Shown one piece after another: positions 25,495 through 35,066 of a stretch of DNA of 64,000 nt. The notes beneath the pieces were generated by a model, which worked only from the letters and a program-made list of their open reading frames with translations, ran no database searches and was not told the origin of the DNA. Source of the stretch: an uncultured Planctomycetia bacterium (GTDB taxonomy: Bacteria > Omnitrophota > Gorgyraeia > 2-02-FULL-51-18 > CAYJSE01); contig CAYJSE010000002.1 of assembly GCA_964372765.1 (NCBI GenBank), positions 15,125-79,124 of the forward strand. The letters run 5' to 3'. The position numbers and the translations under genes are program-made. Numbering within the stretch: position 1 is the first letter of the stretch; every line of letters starts with the position of its first letter.

Positions 25495-27951
25495 ATGTGG
25501 AGACATATGAAGAAATTTTTACGTCAAATGGGCATGGTTTCTGCTATTTTTCTGGTTCAGGGCACAGCGTTGGCGAGCGAAGCGGATCTCAAGATTCCGG
25601 ACCTCCACGAAGGACACTTTAACCTATTTGGGGGACTCACTGGTTTTCAGATCCTGCTCTATGGGGCGGTGGTGATCCTCGGGACAGTAGGTCTGTCTCT
25701 TTACCAGTTTATCGCGATCAAGGCTCTTCCTGCCCATCGATCGATGCTTGATGTGGCGGAAACAATTTTCCAAACCTGCACGACTTATCTGAAGCAGCAG
25801 GCCAAATTTCTCGCGATGCTCTTTGGTATCATTGCCTTGGCGATGGCTTATTACTTTGTGGTGCTCCAGCGTGAGTCCATCACGACTCTGGGACTCGTTC
25901 TGTTTTTTTCTACTGTGGGTATGGCAGGCACAACTCTTGTTGCTTGGTACGGCATCCGTGTCAACACCTACGCCAATGCCAGGACCGCCTTTGCTTCGCT
26001 ACGCGGTGTGCCCTGGGATGTTGTGAATATCCCACTGCGCGCGGGGATGTCCGTAGGACTTTTCTTGATTTCTGTCGAGCTTGTGATGATGGTGATCATA
26101 CTGCTCTTTGTGCCGCGCGATATCGTCGGCTACTGTTTCCTGGGATTTGCCATCGGAGAATCACTTGGAGCGAGTGCTCTGCGTATTGCGGGCGGTATTT
26201 TCACTAAAATCGCCGATATCGGCTCTGATCTTATGAAGATAGTCTTCAAGGTCAAAGAGGATGATCCGCGCAACCCGGGTGTCATCGCCGACTGCGCGGG
26301 CGACAACGCCGGCGACTCCGTGGGACCGACCGCCGACGGTTTTGAGACCTACGGTGTCACGGGCGTGGCGCTCATCTCATTTATCACTCTCGCAGTAAAA
26401 GATCCGACGCTTCAAGCCAAGCTCATCGTCTGGATTTTCGCCATGCGATTCCTAATGGATTTTATGTCAGGCGTTTCCTACTTTATCAACAAGGCCATCT
26501 CCGAGCGCAAATACAAGAATCTAAAGGAGTTTGATTTTGAGGAGCCGCTGACGCGCCTGATCATGATTGCGACGACGCTCTGCATCTCAACCTCTTACGG
26601 AATGTCGTACTTACTCATCGGTGACCTACCCGATCCAACGCTCTGGTGGAAGCTCGCGTCTATTATCACCTGCGGGACCCTAGGAGCTTTTCTTATTCCA
26701 GAGTTTACCAAGGCTTTCACCTCTTCTCACTCCAAGCACGTGCACGAGATCGTGACGGCTTCGCGCGAGGGAGGGGCCTCATTGACGATTCTCTCGGGGA
26801 TCGTGGCGGGTTCCTTCTCGGCCTTCTGGAAAGGTATCCTTATCGCGGGTCTGATGTTCGTGGCTTATCTGATATCGGGGATGGGGCTTCAGAGTATCAT
26901 GCCGCACGCCTCGGTTTTTGCTTTTGGTCTCGTGGCTTACGGCTTTCTTTGTATGGGTCCGGTGAATATCGCTGTGGATTCCTACGGCCCCGTGACGGAC
27001 AACGCCCAATCGATCTTTGAATTATCCCAAACCGAGTCGATCCCTGGGATCGAGAAGGAGATCGAGAAGGATTTCGGTTTCCGCCCAGATTTTAAAACTG
27101 GCAAACACTACCTCGAGGCCAACGACTCCGCCGGCAATACCTTCAAGGCGACAGCGAAGCCCGTTCTCATCGCCACCGCCGTTGCTGGAGCAACGACGAT
27201 GATTTTCTCTATCATTCTTCTTCTGCAGGAGCATCTGCGCGCCGGGGCCGTCGCCGCCGCGGTGGGTGGGCTGCTTCCCGAGAACATCGGGGAGATCCTA
27301 TTGCATGAAAAGCTTTCACTCACGGCGTCGCCGATTCTACTCGGATTCCTCTGCGGCGGGGCGGTAATCTACTGGTTTTGTGGGGCTTCGATTCAGGCCG
27401 TGACTACCGGAGCCTATTCTGCTGTCGAGTACATCAAGAAAAACATGAATCTGAATATGAAGGAAGCCAAACGCGAAGACTCGATCACAGTGGTCCGGAT
27501 TTGCACCGAGTATGCTCAAAAAGGGATGTGGAATATTTTCTTGGGTCTTCTGGCGTTTACGCTGGCCTTCGCGCTATTTGACCCATATTTTTTCATCGCC
27601 TATCTCATGGCCATCGCAGTTTTCGGACTCTTTCAGGCGATGTACATGGCCAACGCGGGCGGATCTTGGGACAACGCGAAAAAACTTGTCGAGGTCGATC
27701 TTGGGGAGAAAAACACTCCTCTTCACGCCGCGACCGTCATCGGCGATACTGTGGGAGATCCCTTCAAAGATACTACTTCCGTGTCACTCAACCCCATCAT
27801 CAAGTTCTCGACCCTCTTTGGCATGCTCGCCGTCGAGATCGCGATCAAGATGAACCCGGCGACGACTCGTATTTTCGGAGCCGTTCTATTCGTCGTAGGG
27901 CTGTTTTTTGTTTGGAAATCCTTCTATCGGATGCGGATTCCGACCGTTTAG
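25495..27951 (+). CDS. hppA: membrane-bound H+/Na+-translocating pyrophosphatase
   Basis: An 818-aa polytopic protein with the GDNAGD and GDTVGDPFKDT acidic motifs characteristic of membrane pyrophosphatases. Confidence 0.8.
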   Translation: MWRHMKKFLRQMGMVSAIFLVQGTALASEADLKIPDLHEGHFNLFGGLTGFQILLYGAVVILGTVGLSLYQFIAIKALPAHRSMLDVAETIFQTCTTYLKQQAKFLAMLFGIIALAMAYYFVVLQRESITTLGLVLFFSTVGMAGTTLVAWYGIRVNTYANARTAFASLRGVPWDVVNIPLRAGMSVGLFLISVELVMMVIILLFVPRDIVGYCFLGFAIGESLGASALRIAGGIFTKIADIGSDLMKIVFKVKEDDPRNPGVIADCAGDNAGDSVGPTADGFETYGVTGVALISFITLAVKDPTLQAKLIVWIFAMRFLMDFMSGVSYFINKAISERKYKNLKEFDFEEPLTRLIMIATTLCISTSYGMSYLLIGDLPDPTLWWKLASIITCGTLGAFLIPEFTKAFTSSHSKHVHEIVTASREGGASLTILSGIVAGSFSAFWKGILIAGLMFVAYLISGMGLQSIMPHASVFAFGLVAYGFLCMGPVNIAVDSYGPVTDNAQSIFELSQTESIPGIEKEIEKDFGFRPDFKTGKHYLEANDSAGNTFKATAKPVLIATAVAGATTMIFSIILLLQEHLRAGAVAAAVGGLLPENIGEILLHEKLSLTASPILLGFLCGGAVIYWFCGASIQAVTTGAYSAVEYIKKNMNLNMKEAKREDSITVVRICTEYAQKGMWNIFLGLLAFTLAFALFDPYFFIAYLMAIAVFGLFQAMYMANAGGSWDNAKKLVEVDLGEKNTPLHAATVIGDTVGDPFKDTTSVSLNPIIKFSTLFGMLAVEIAIKMNPATTRIFGAVLFVVGLFFVWKSFYRMRIPTV

Positions 27952-27985
27952 GCGTCGATCTGAAGAAAAGGAATGAGCTGCTTCT

Positions 27986-28708
27986 ATGAACGATATTAAA
28001 GGCGTGATCTTGGCGGGGGGCTTGGGCAAGCGGCTTCACCCCCTAACGAAGATAACCAATAAGCATCTTTTGCCGATTTACGACAAGCCGATGATCTACT
28101 ATCCGTTGTCGTATCTGGCCGAGGCGGGCATCAAGGATATACTGATCGTGACGGGCGGCAACCACGCGGGTGAATTTTTACGGCTTTTGGGGGACGGTAA
28201 GGAATTTGGGCTCACGCATATCAACTACACCTATCAGGAAGGTGAAGGCGGGATCGCCGAGGCGCTGGGGCTAGCCCGGCATTTTGCGGCGCACAAAAAA
28301 ATCGTGGTGGTGCTGGGCGACAATATTTTAGAGCGGGGCATTCAAAAATACGTGGAACATTTTCGCCGCCAAAAGAGCGGCGCGCGTGTTTTACTTAAAA
28401 AAGTCGAGGACCCGGAGCGCTTTGGAGTGGCGGAGCTGAAAGGCAAAAAGATCGTTTCGATCGAAGAGAAGCCCAAGCGGCCCAAGTCGGACCTGGCCGT
28501 GACGGGCGTTTACATGTATGACGAGCGGGTTTTTGAGATTGTGAAAACGCTCAAACCCTCCCGGCGCGGCGAGCTTGAAATCACCGACGTCAACAACGCT
28601 TACATCGAGCGCGGCGAGCTGGAGTATGACGTGCTGGACGGCTGGTGGACGGATAGCGGCACGTTTGATTCGCTGCTGCGCGCTAATAACCTGATCGCCA
28701 AAAAATGA
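27986..28708 (+). CDS. rmlA: glucose-1-phosphate thymidylyltransferase-like sugar nucleotidyltransferase (short form)
   Basis: GVILAGGLGKRLHPLT and a KPMIYYPL motif. It lies upstream of rmlB/rmlD. Confidence 0.7.
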   Translation: MNDIKGVILAGGLGKRLHPLTKITNKHLLPIYDKPMIYYPLSYLAEAGIKDILIVTGGNHAGEFLRLLGDGKEFGLTHINYTYQEGEGGIAEALGLARHFAAHKKIVVVLGDNILERGIQKYVEHFRRQKSGARVLLKKVEDPERFGVAELKGKKIVSIEEKPKRPKSDLAVTGVYMYDERVFEIVKTLKPSRRGELEITDVNNAYIERGELEYDVLDGWWTDSGTFDSLLRANNLIAKK

Positions 28709-29715
28709 AAGTTCTTATCACAGGGGGAGCCGGCTTCATCGGTTCTTACCTCGTCAAATACTGGCTTAAAATCGATCCCGGCGTGCGGATCGTCAATCTC
28801 GATAAGCTGACCTATTCGGGAGATTTGGGGCGGCTTAAGGAAGTAAAAAATCATCCCCGCTACCAATTCATCCGCGGCGATGTGGCCGACGCGCGCTGTG
28901 TCGAGCGGGCGATGCCCGGATGTGAAGCGGTGGTCCATGTGGCGGCGGAGACGCATGTGGATCGGTCGCTGTTGGACGCGAAAAGCTTTTTTGATTCCAA
29001 TATTCACGGAACCTATGTGCTGCTTGAAGCGGCACGGCGGCACGGGATTCGGAAATTTCTGTTGGTCAGCACCGATGAGGTGTATGGCAGTGTGGAAAAG
29101 GGATTTTCCACGGAAAGCTCACCGCTGGAGCCCACCAGCCCCTACTCGATCTCCAAGACGGCCGGCGACTGGCTAGCGTTTTCTTACGCTCACACCTACG
29201 GACTGCACGCGATGATCACGCGTGGCGGCAACACGTTTGGGCCTTATCAATACCCTGAAAAAGTGATCCCTCTTTTTGTGTCCCAGGCGCTGCAGGACGA
29301 GCCGCTCCCGCTCTACGGCGACGGGCGGCAGGTGCGTAACTGGATTTTTGTGGAGGACCACGTGCAGGCGATCCTGCATGTTTTAAAAAAAGGCAAAAAA
29401 GGAGAGGCCTATAACGTGTCGGGCCGCACCTATTTGAAAAATATCGATTTAACGAAAAAGATTTTGAAGCTGCTCGGCAAACCCGCGTCGCTTGTTCGGC
29501 GCGTTCAGGATAGACCCGGACACGACCGCCGCTACGCGATGAGCTCGGCGAAGCTCCGGGCACTTGGCTGGCGCGAGAGATTTCCGTTTGAAAAGGCACT
29601 GGCCGAAAGCGTGCGTTGGTACTGTGAAAACAAACGCTGGTGGCGGGCCATCAAGGAAAAATCAAAAGATTTCAAAGATTATTACAAAAAATCTTATCAG
29701 CCTAAGATGAGGTAG
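28705..29715 (+). CDS. rmlB: dTDP-glucose 4,6-dehydratase
   Basis: An extended-SDR fold (TGGAGFIGS) and the YSISK catalytic motif, at RmlB length. Confidence 0.8.
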   Translation: MKVLITGGAGFIGSYLVKYWLKIDPGVRIVNLDKLTYSGDLGRLKEVKNHPRYQFIRGDVADARCVERAMPGCEAVVHVAAETHVDRSLLDAKSFFDSNIHGTYVLLEAARRHGIRKFLLVSTDEVYGSVEKGFSTESSPLEPTSPYSISKTAGDWLAFSYAHTYGLHAMITRGGNTFGPYQYPEKVIPLFVSQALQDEPLPLYGDGRQVRNWIFVEDHVQAILHVLKKGKKGEAYNVSGRTYLKNIDLTKKILKLLGKPASLVRRVQDRPGHDRRYAMSSAKLRALGWRERFPFEKALAESVRWYCENKRWWRAIKEKSKDFKDYYKKSYQPKMR

Positions 29716-29720
29716 TCTAT

Positions 29721-30632
29721 TTGCAAGTGTTGGTGACTGGCGCCACCGGTCTTTTGGGCAACGTGTTGGTCAAGCGGTTAAAATCTCGTTACGCGGTGAC
29801 CGGTGTGTCCCTGTCTGGGCGTGGGGATACCGTGGCCTGCGATTTGAAGGATGAGCGCGCGGTCGGGGTGCTTTTCAAGGGTCGCGCGTTTACGGGTGTG
29901 ATTCACGCGGCGGCCTACTCGGACGTGGACGGTTGCGAGCGTGATCCTAAGCGGGCTCATGAGACGAACGCGCTCGGTACGCGGCATCTGGCCGCTGTCT
30001 GCCGGGACCAAAAAGTGCCGTTTATCTATGTCAGTACGGATTATGTGTTTGACGGACACTGCAAAGACGTTTACGATGAGGAGGATACGACCTTTCCGGT
30101 GAATATTTATGGGCTGACCAAACTGGAAGGGGAGCATCATACGAGAGCGTTGGCCTGGCGGAGCGCCATCGTCCGGACGAGCTGGCTTTTTGGCGCGGGC
30201 GTCCAGAGGAACTTTGTCAACGCGATCATCGAGCGTCTCAAGACCGAAAATGTCGTCCGGGTTTTAGCCGATCAGAGGGATTGCCCGACCTACGCGAAAG
30301 ATCTCGCGGAGGCGCTTGAAAAAATTTTAAACGGTTTAATGCGCGCGCGGGGTTCCGCGTCGGAAGCCGGGCGGTGTGAGGTCTACCACTTTTGTAACGG
30401 CGGCGCCACGACACGTTTGGAGATGACGCGGGAGTTGAAAAAACTGCTTGGAAAGCGGGACGTGCGGGTGGAAGAAACGGCTCCGTCGGAGATTCAGGGG
30501 CGCTTGGCCGTGCGACCCGAGCATCCGGTGCTGTCGACGCATCGATTCGAGAAACAGTTTGGAGTCAAACCCAGGCCCTGGCAAGAGGCCTTGAAAGAGT
30601 ATGTAAAGGAGCAGACAGTATGCGCGTTTTAA
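29721..30632 (+). CDS. rmlD: dTDP-4-dehydrorhamnose reductase
   Basis: VLVTGATGLLG, an RmlD-like ~300-aa SDR, adjacent to rmlB. Confidence 0.65.
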   Translation: MQVLVTGATGLLGNVLVKRLKSRYAVTGVSLSGRGDTVACDLKDERAVGVLFKGRAFTGVIHAAAYSDVDGCERDPKRAHETNALGTRHLAAVCRDQKVPFIYVSTDYVFDGHCKDVYDEEDTTFPVNIYGLTKLEGEHHTRALAWRSAIVRTSWLFGAGVQRNFVNAIIERLKTENVVRVLADQRDCPTYAKDLAEALEKILNGLMRARGSASEAGRCEVYHFCNGGATTRLEMTRELKKLLGKRDVRVEETAPSEIQGRLAVRPEHPVLSTHRFEKQFGVKPRPWQEALKEYVKEQTVCAF

Positions 30633-31600
30633 TTACGGGATTAACCGGATTTGTGGGGAGCCATCTCGCGGAGTTTTTACTAAAAATAAAAGGTGTCGAG
30701 GTTCACGGCATCGAGCGCTGGCGGTCCAAAACAGAAAATATCGAAGAGATTAAAAATAAAATCCATCTTTACGAGTGCGATATCCGCGACGCCTCGAGCG
30801 TGCGGCGCATTTTGGAGGAGGCCAAACCGGAGCGCATCTTTCATCTGGCGGCCCAGTCGTTTGTGCCGGCCTCCTGGAATGCGCCGAGCGAGACGCTCAC
30901 GACCAACATCATCGGCGAGCTCAATATTTTCGAGGCGGTGCGTCAGATCGGTATTTGTCCGTTGATACAGATCGCGGGTTCCAGCGAGGAGTATGGCATG
31001 GTGTATCCGAACGAAACGCCCATCGGCGAGGAAAATCCTTTGAGACCGCTCAGCCCCTATGGAGTTTCGAAAGTGGCGCAGGACTTGTTGGCCTACCAGT
31101 ACTATGAAAGCTACAAGCTCGGCGTCGTTCGCACGCGCGCGTTCAACCACACGGGACCGCGTCGCGGCGAAGTATTTGTCACGAGCAATTTTGCGAAGCA
31201 AATCGCGATGATTGAGGCCGAGAAGCAGGAACCCGTGATTTCTGTGGGAAATCTAGAGGCGATTCGAGATTTCACGGATGTGCGCGACATCGTGAAGGCG
31301 TATTGGCTCGCCTTGGAGAAAGGGGACCCGGGGGATGTTTACAATATCGGTTCGGGACGGGGATTCAAGATTAAAGAAGCGCTCAATATTTTATTGAAAA
31401 ATACCCGCGTTTCTATCAAGGTGAAGCAGGATGCTGCGCGTATGCGTCCGAGCGATGTGCCGATTTTGTTGGCGGATTGCGCGAAATTTAAAAAGAAAAC
31501 AGGTTGGGAACCCACCATTCCTTTCGAGACGACGCTTTTGGATCTCTTGAACTACTGGAGAGACAAGATTGCCGCCAAAGCATTTGCAGTCAAAGATTAA
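30620..31600 (+). CDS. GDP-mannose 4,6-dehydratase-like extended SDR (Gmd/Rmd family)
   Basis: ITGLTGFVGSHLAEFLL, YGVSK and RAFNHTGPRRGEVFVT resemble the Gmd region. Substrate is not determinable from sequence. Confidence 0.55.
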   Translation: MRVLITGLTGFVGSHLAEFLLKIKGVEVHGIERWRSKTENIEEIKNKIHLYECDIRDASSVRRILEEAKPERIFHLAAQSFVPASWNAPSETLTTNIIGELNIFEAVRQIGICPLIQIAGSSEEYGMVYPNETPIGEENPLRPLSPYGVSKVAQDLLAYQYYESYKLGVVRTRAFNHTGPRRGEVFVTSNFAKQIAMIEAEKQEPVISVGNLEAIRDFTDVRDIVKAYWLALEKGDPGDVYNIGSGRGFKIKEALNILLKNTRVSIKVKQDAARMRPSDVPILLADCAKFKKKTGWEPTIPFETTLLDLLNYWRDKIAAKAFAVKD

Positions 31601-32867
31601 ATCCAACGCGCTGAAAGTCGGTGTGATCGGCCTGGGGTATGTGGGCCTGCCGCTCGGAGTGTCCTTTGCCGAAAAAGGTCTTTGTGTTACAGGCATTGAT
31701 ATCGACCCGGAGAAGCTCCGAGCGCTTCACGCCGGCCGCTCCTATGTTTTGGATGTGGTTTCCTCTAAGGTTCGGCAGCTTGTCAGGGCGAAGCGCTTAC
31801 GTTTCAGCTCCGATTATCGCGAGGTCCGCGCGCTAGATGCCGTGATCATCTGTGTGCCGACGCCGCTGAGTAAAACCAAGGAACCGGACATCTCGCACAT
31901 CGTGGACGCGGCCCGTGGGATCAAACCCTATCTAAAGAAAGGTCAACTCGTGGTTCTGGAGAGCACCACGTATCCGGGCACTACCGAAGAGGTGATCCAG
32001 CCCATCTTAGAGCAATCAGGTCTCCGGGCGGAGAGGGACTTTTTCCTGGCGTTTTCTCCAGAGCGCGTGGATCCGGGCAACAAGGATTTTGACACGACGT
32101 CCATTCCAAAAATCGTCGGCGGGGTGGGTCCGAAATCCCAAGAAGCGGTTCGCGCGCTGTACGCGACCATCATCCGGGAAGTGGTCGTGGTTTCCTCGCC
32201 GCGCGCCGCCGAAATGGTAAAGCTCCTGGAAAACACGTTTCGCAGTGTCAATATAGGCCTTATCAATGAGATCGCGATTGTTTCGCATCGCCTCGGCATC
32301 GATGTCTGGGAGGTGATCGAGGCGGCCAAGACGAAGCCGTTTGGTTTCATGCCGTTTTATCCGGGACCGGGCTTGGGCGGCCACTGTCTGCCGATCGACC
32401 CTTTATACTTATCGTGGAAGTCGCGCAAGGATCACGGTTTTGAGGCGCGCATGATTGAGCTGGCTTCTGAAATCAACGCCGAAATGCCCGCCTATGTCGT
32501 GGAGCGCGTCGGGCATCTACTCAATGAAAAGGGAAAGCCGCTGAAAGGCTCCTCGATATTGACTTTGGGCGTGGCTTATAAAAAGGACGTGAATGATATC
32601 CGGGAGTCGCCGGCGCTGGAAGTGATGGATGAGCTAAAAAAAGAGGGAGCCAAGGTGACGTATTCGGATCCGTTTGTGCCGGTGTTGGGGCGTGTGAAAT
32701 CCAAAAAATTAACGCCTGTCTTTTTAAAAAAACAGGACTGCGTGGTCATTTTGACGAACCATTCTAGTTTTCCTTACGCGATGGTGGCTCAATACGCGCC
32801 GCTCGTTTTTGACGCGCGTCACGCGATGAAAGCGTTCAAAAAGGACAGGAAGATTCACTTTTTATGA
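31569..32867 (+). CDS. nucleotide-sugar dehydrogenase (UDP-ManNAc/UDP-GlcNAc/UDP-Glc 6-dehydrogenase family)
   Basis: VGVIGLGYVGLPL and the catalytic GLGGHCLPID. The true start is probably a TTG/GTG just after the upstream stop (around 31587-31602), not the overlapping ORF-track start. Confidence 0.8.
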   Translation: MPPKHLQSKIKSNALKVGVIGLGYVGLPLGVSFAEKGLCVTGIDIDPEKLRALHAGRSYVLDVVSSKVRQLVRAKRLRFSSDYREVRALDAVIICVPTPLSKTKEPDISHIVDAARGIKPYLKKGQLVVLESTTYPGTTEEVIQPILEQSGLRAERDFFLAFSPERVDPGNKDFDTTSIPKIVGGVGPKSQEAVRALYATIIREVVVVSSPRAAEMVKLLENTFRSVNIGLINEIAIVSHRLGIDVWEVIEAAKTKPFGFMPFYPGPGLGGHCLPIDPLYLSWKSRKDHGFEARMIELASEINAEMPAYVVERVGHLLNEKGKPLKGSSILTLGVAYKKDVNDIRESPALEVMDELKKEGAKVTYSDPFVPVLGRVKSKKLTPVFLKKQDCVVILTNHSSFPYAMVAQYAPLVFDARHAMKAFKKDRKIHFL

Positions 32868-33808
32868 AAAAGACGTGGGTGGTGACCGGCGGGGCGGGTT
32901 TTATCGGCTCGCATCTGGGCGAGCGTCTCTTGAGCCGCGGACACTGCGTGATGGGCGTGGACAATCTGATCACCGGTTCTTTGCGCAACGTGGAAATTTT
33001 TAGAAACAATCCCCGGTTTCATTTTTTGCGCCAGGATGTTTCCAAGAAACTGAAAGTTTCCGGTCGCGTGCACGGCGTGCTGCATTTTGCGTCGCCGGCC
33101 AGTCCTCCGGACTATCTCAAGTTTCCGCTTGAGACGCTCAAAGTGGGGTCGTTTGGAACCTTTCACGCGCTTGAGCTGGCGCGCACAAAACGCGCGCTCT
33201 TTATGCTGGCCTCCACGAGCGAGGTGTACGGAGATCCGGAAGTCAACCCACAGTCCGAGCAATACTGGGGCCATGTGAATCCGATAGGGCCGCGGTCGGT
33301 GTATGACGAGGCGAAACGTTTTTCGGAAAGTCTCACGATGGCCTACCGGCGTTCTTATCGGCTCAATACGAAAATTATCCGAATCTTCAATACCTACGGT
33401 CCGCGCATGCGCCCGCAGGACGGCCGCGTGATCCCCAATTTTTTGAGCCAGGCATTGCGAAAGGAACCGCTGACGCTCTACGGCGATGGTCGTCAGACGC
33501 GCAGTTACTGTTACATCGATGATTTGATGGATGGCATTGAGAAATATTTAAGTGTCGCATACCCCGGGCCGATCAACCTGGGGAATCCCAATGGAGAATC
33601 GGTGCGGGAGCTGGCTCTCCGGATTTTAAACCTGACAGGATCCAAGAGTGCGCTGGTGCGTCGGGCTCTCCCTGTGGATGACCCCAAACAGCGTTGTCCT
33701 GACATCTCCAGGGCTCGAAAAATATTGGGCTGGCGGCCGCGCGTGCCGCTGGATGAGGGATTGCGTCGGACACTCGAGTATTTTAGGAACGAAATCCGGT
33801 GTCGATAG
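32864..33808 (+). CDS. UDP-glucuronate decarboxylase (UDP-xylose synthase)-like SDR
   Basis: VTGGAGFIGSHL and YDEAKR, at a ~314-aa UXS-like length. It is directly coupled to the dehydrogenase. Confidence 0.65.
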   Translation: MKKTWVVTGGAGFIGSHLGERLLSRGHCVMGVDNLITGSLRNVEIFRNNPRFHFLRQDVSKKLKVSGRVHGVLHFASPASPPDYLKFPLETLKVGSFGTFHALELARTKRALFMLASTSEVYGDPEVNPQSEQYWGHVNPIGPRSVYDEAKRFSESLTMAYRRSYRLNTKIIRIFNTYGPRMRPQDGRVIPNFLSQALRKEPLTLYGDGRQTRSYCYIDDLMDGIEKYLSVAYPGPINLGNPNGESVRELALRILNLTGSKSALVRRALPVDDPKQRCPDISRARKILGWRPRVPLDEGLRRTLEYFRNEIRCR

Positions 33809-34524
33809 AGCTCTCGGTGGTGATCCCGGCCTACAACGAAGAAAGCCGCATCGTCGACAGCATCGAACGGGTATGCGCGTTTTTCGACGCCTCGCATAAG
33901 AACGGTGAAGTGATCGTCTCAAGCGACGGTTCCACCGACCGCACGGATGAGCGCGTCGGGGAGTGGATACGCCGAAACCCGTCAAAACCCGCGCGGCTTT
34001 TAACATCGAAACCCAATACCGGAAAGGGATTTGCGGCGCGACAGGGAATCTTGGCGGCGAACGGGGAATATATTTTGATTACGGATACAGATTTATCCGC
34101 TCCGATCAAGGAGGCGGACAAGCTGATCGGCGCGCTGAAAGAAGGCCGCGATGTTGCGATCGGCTCACGCGCCGTGCGTGAACAGGGCTGCGATGTCCAG
34201 CAGAGCCCCAGGCGGTGGTTCGCGGGACGCGTGTTCAACTGGATCGTGCGATCGACGATGCTGCCCGGTCTTTGGGACACACAGTGCGGTTTCAAATGTT
34301 TCCGGCGCGAGGCGGCCAAAAAGCTGTTTTCGATCCAAAAAGAGGACGGTTTTATCTTTGACGTCGAAATTTTGTTTTTGGCGCGGAGACTTGGGTATAA
34401 AATAAAGGAAGTGCCCGTGATGTGGCGCGAATCGGGGTCCAGCCACGTAAGACTGGCGCGGGATTCAACGGCGATGCTCCGGGCTTTATCCAACATAAAA
34501 AAAAGGAAGTATCCCATTTCATGA
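33799..34524 (+). CDS. family 2 glycosyltransferase (polyprenyl-phosphate glycosyltransferase-like)
   Basis: LSVVIPAYNEESRI and DGSTDRT motifs. Confidence 0.8.
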   Translation: MSIELSVVIPAYNEESRIVDSIERVCAFFDASHKNGEVIVSSDGSTDRTDERVGEWIRRNPSKPARLLTSKPNTGKGFAARQGILAANGEYILITDTDLSAPIKEADKLIGALKEGRDVAIGSRAVREQGCDVQQSPRRWFAGRVFNWIVRSTMLPGLWDTQCGFKCFRREAAKKLFSIQKEDGFIFDVEILFLARRLGYKIKEVPVMWRESGSSHVRLARDSTAMLRALSNIKKRKYPIS

Positions 34525-35066
34525 AATTCACGCGCCTCGAGATTCCGGACGTTGTTTTGATCGAGCCCACGGTGCATGAGGACGCGCGCGGGTTTTTTTA
34601 CGAGAGTTATCGCAAGGATATTTTTGCGAAGCAGGGAATCGTCGACGAATTTGTGCAGGACAATTTCAGCCGTTCACAAAAGGGCACGCTGCGGGGCTTG
34701 CATTTTCAAGCCGAGCCGCGCGCGCAAGGAAAGCTCGTGCATGTGCTGCGCGGAGCTATCTTTGACGTCGCGGTCGATTTAAGGAAAGGCTCGAAAACGC
34801 TTGGGCGAAACGTGAGCCTCGTTTTGAGCTCCGAGAATAAACGGTTTGTGTATATCCCGAAAGGTTTCGCGCACGGGTTTGTGGCGCTGGAAAGCGGCAC
34901 CGAAGTCCATTATAAAACCTCCGACTATTATTCCCCCGAACACGAGCGAGGCATCATCTGGAATGATCCAGATTTGGTTATCGCCTGGCCGAAAATGGAC
35001 CAGCCGTTTTCGCTCTCCAACCGGGATTGGCAGCAGCCGCGTTTCAAAGAAGCGCCGAAGGCGTGA
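34521..35066 (+). CDS. rmlC: dTDP-4-dehydrorhamnose 3,5-epimerase
   Basis: The cupin fold motifs (RGFFYESYRK, RGLHFQ). The start is the ATG at 34521 (MKFTRLEI). Confidence 0.85.
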   Translation: MKFTRLEIPDVVLIEPTVHEDARGFFYESYRKDIFAKQGIVDEFVQDNFSRSQKGTLRGLHFQAEPRAQGKLVHVLRGAIFDVAVDLRKGSKTLGRNVSLVLSSENKRFVYIPKGFAHGFVALESGTEVHYKTSDYYSPEHERGIIWNDPDLVIAWPKMDQPFSLSNRDWQQPRFKEAPKA

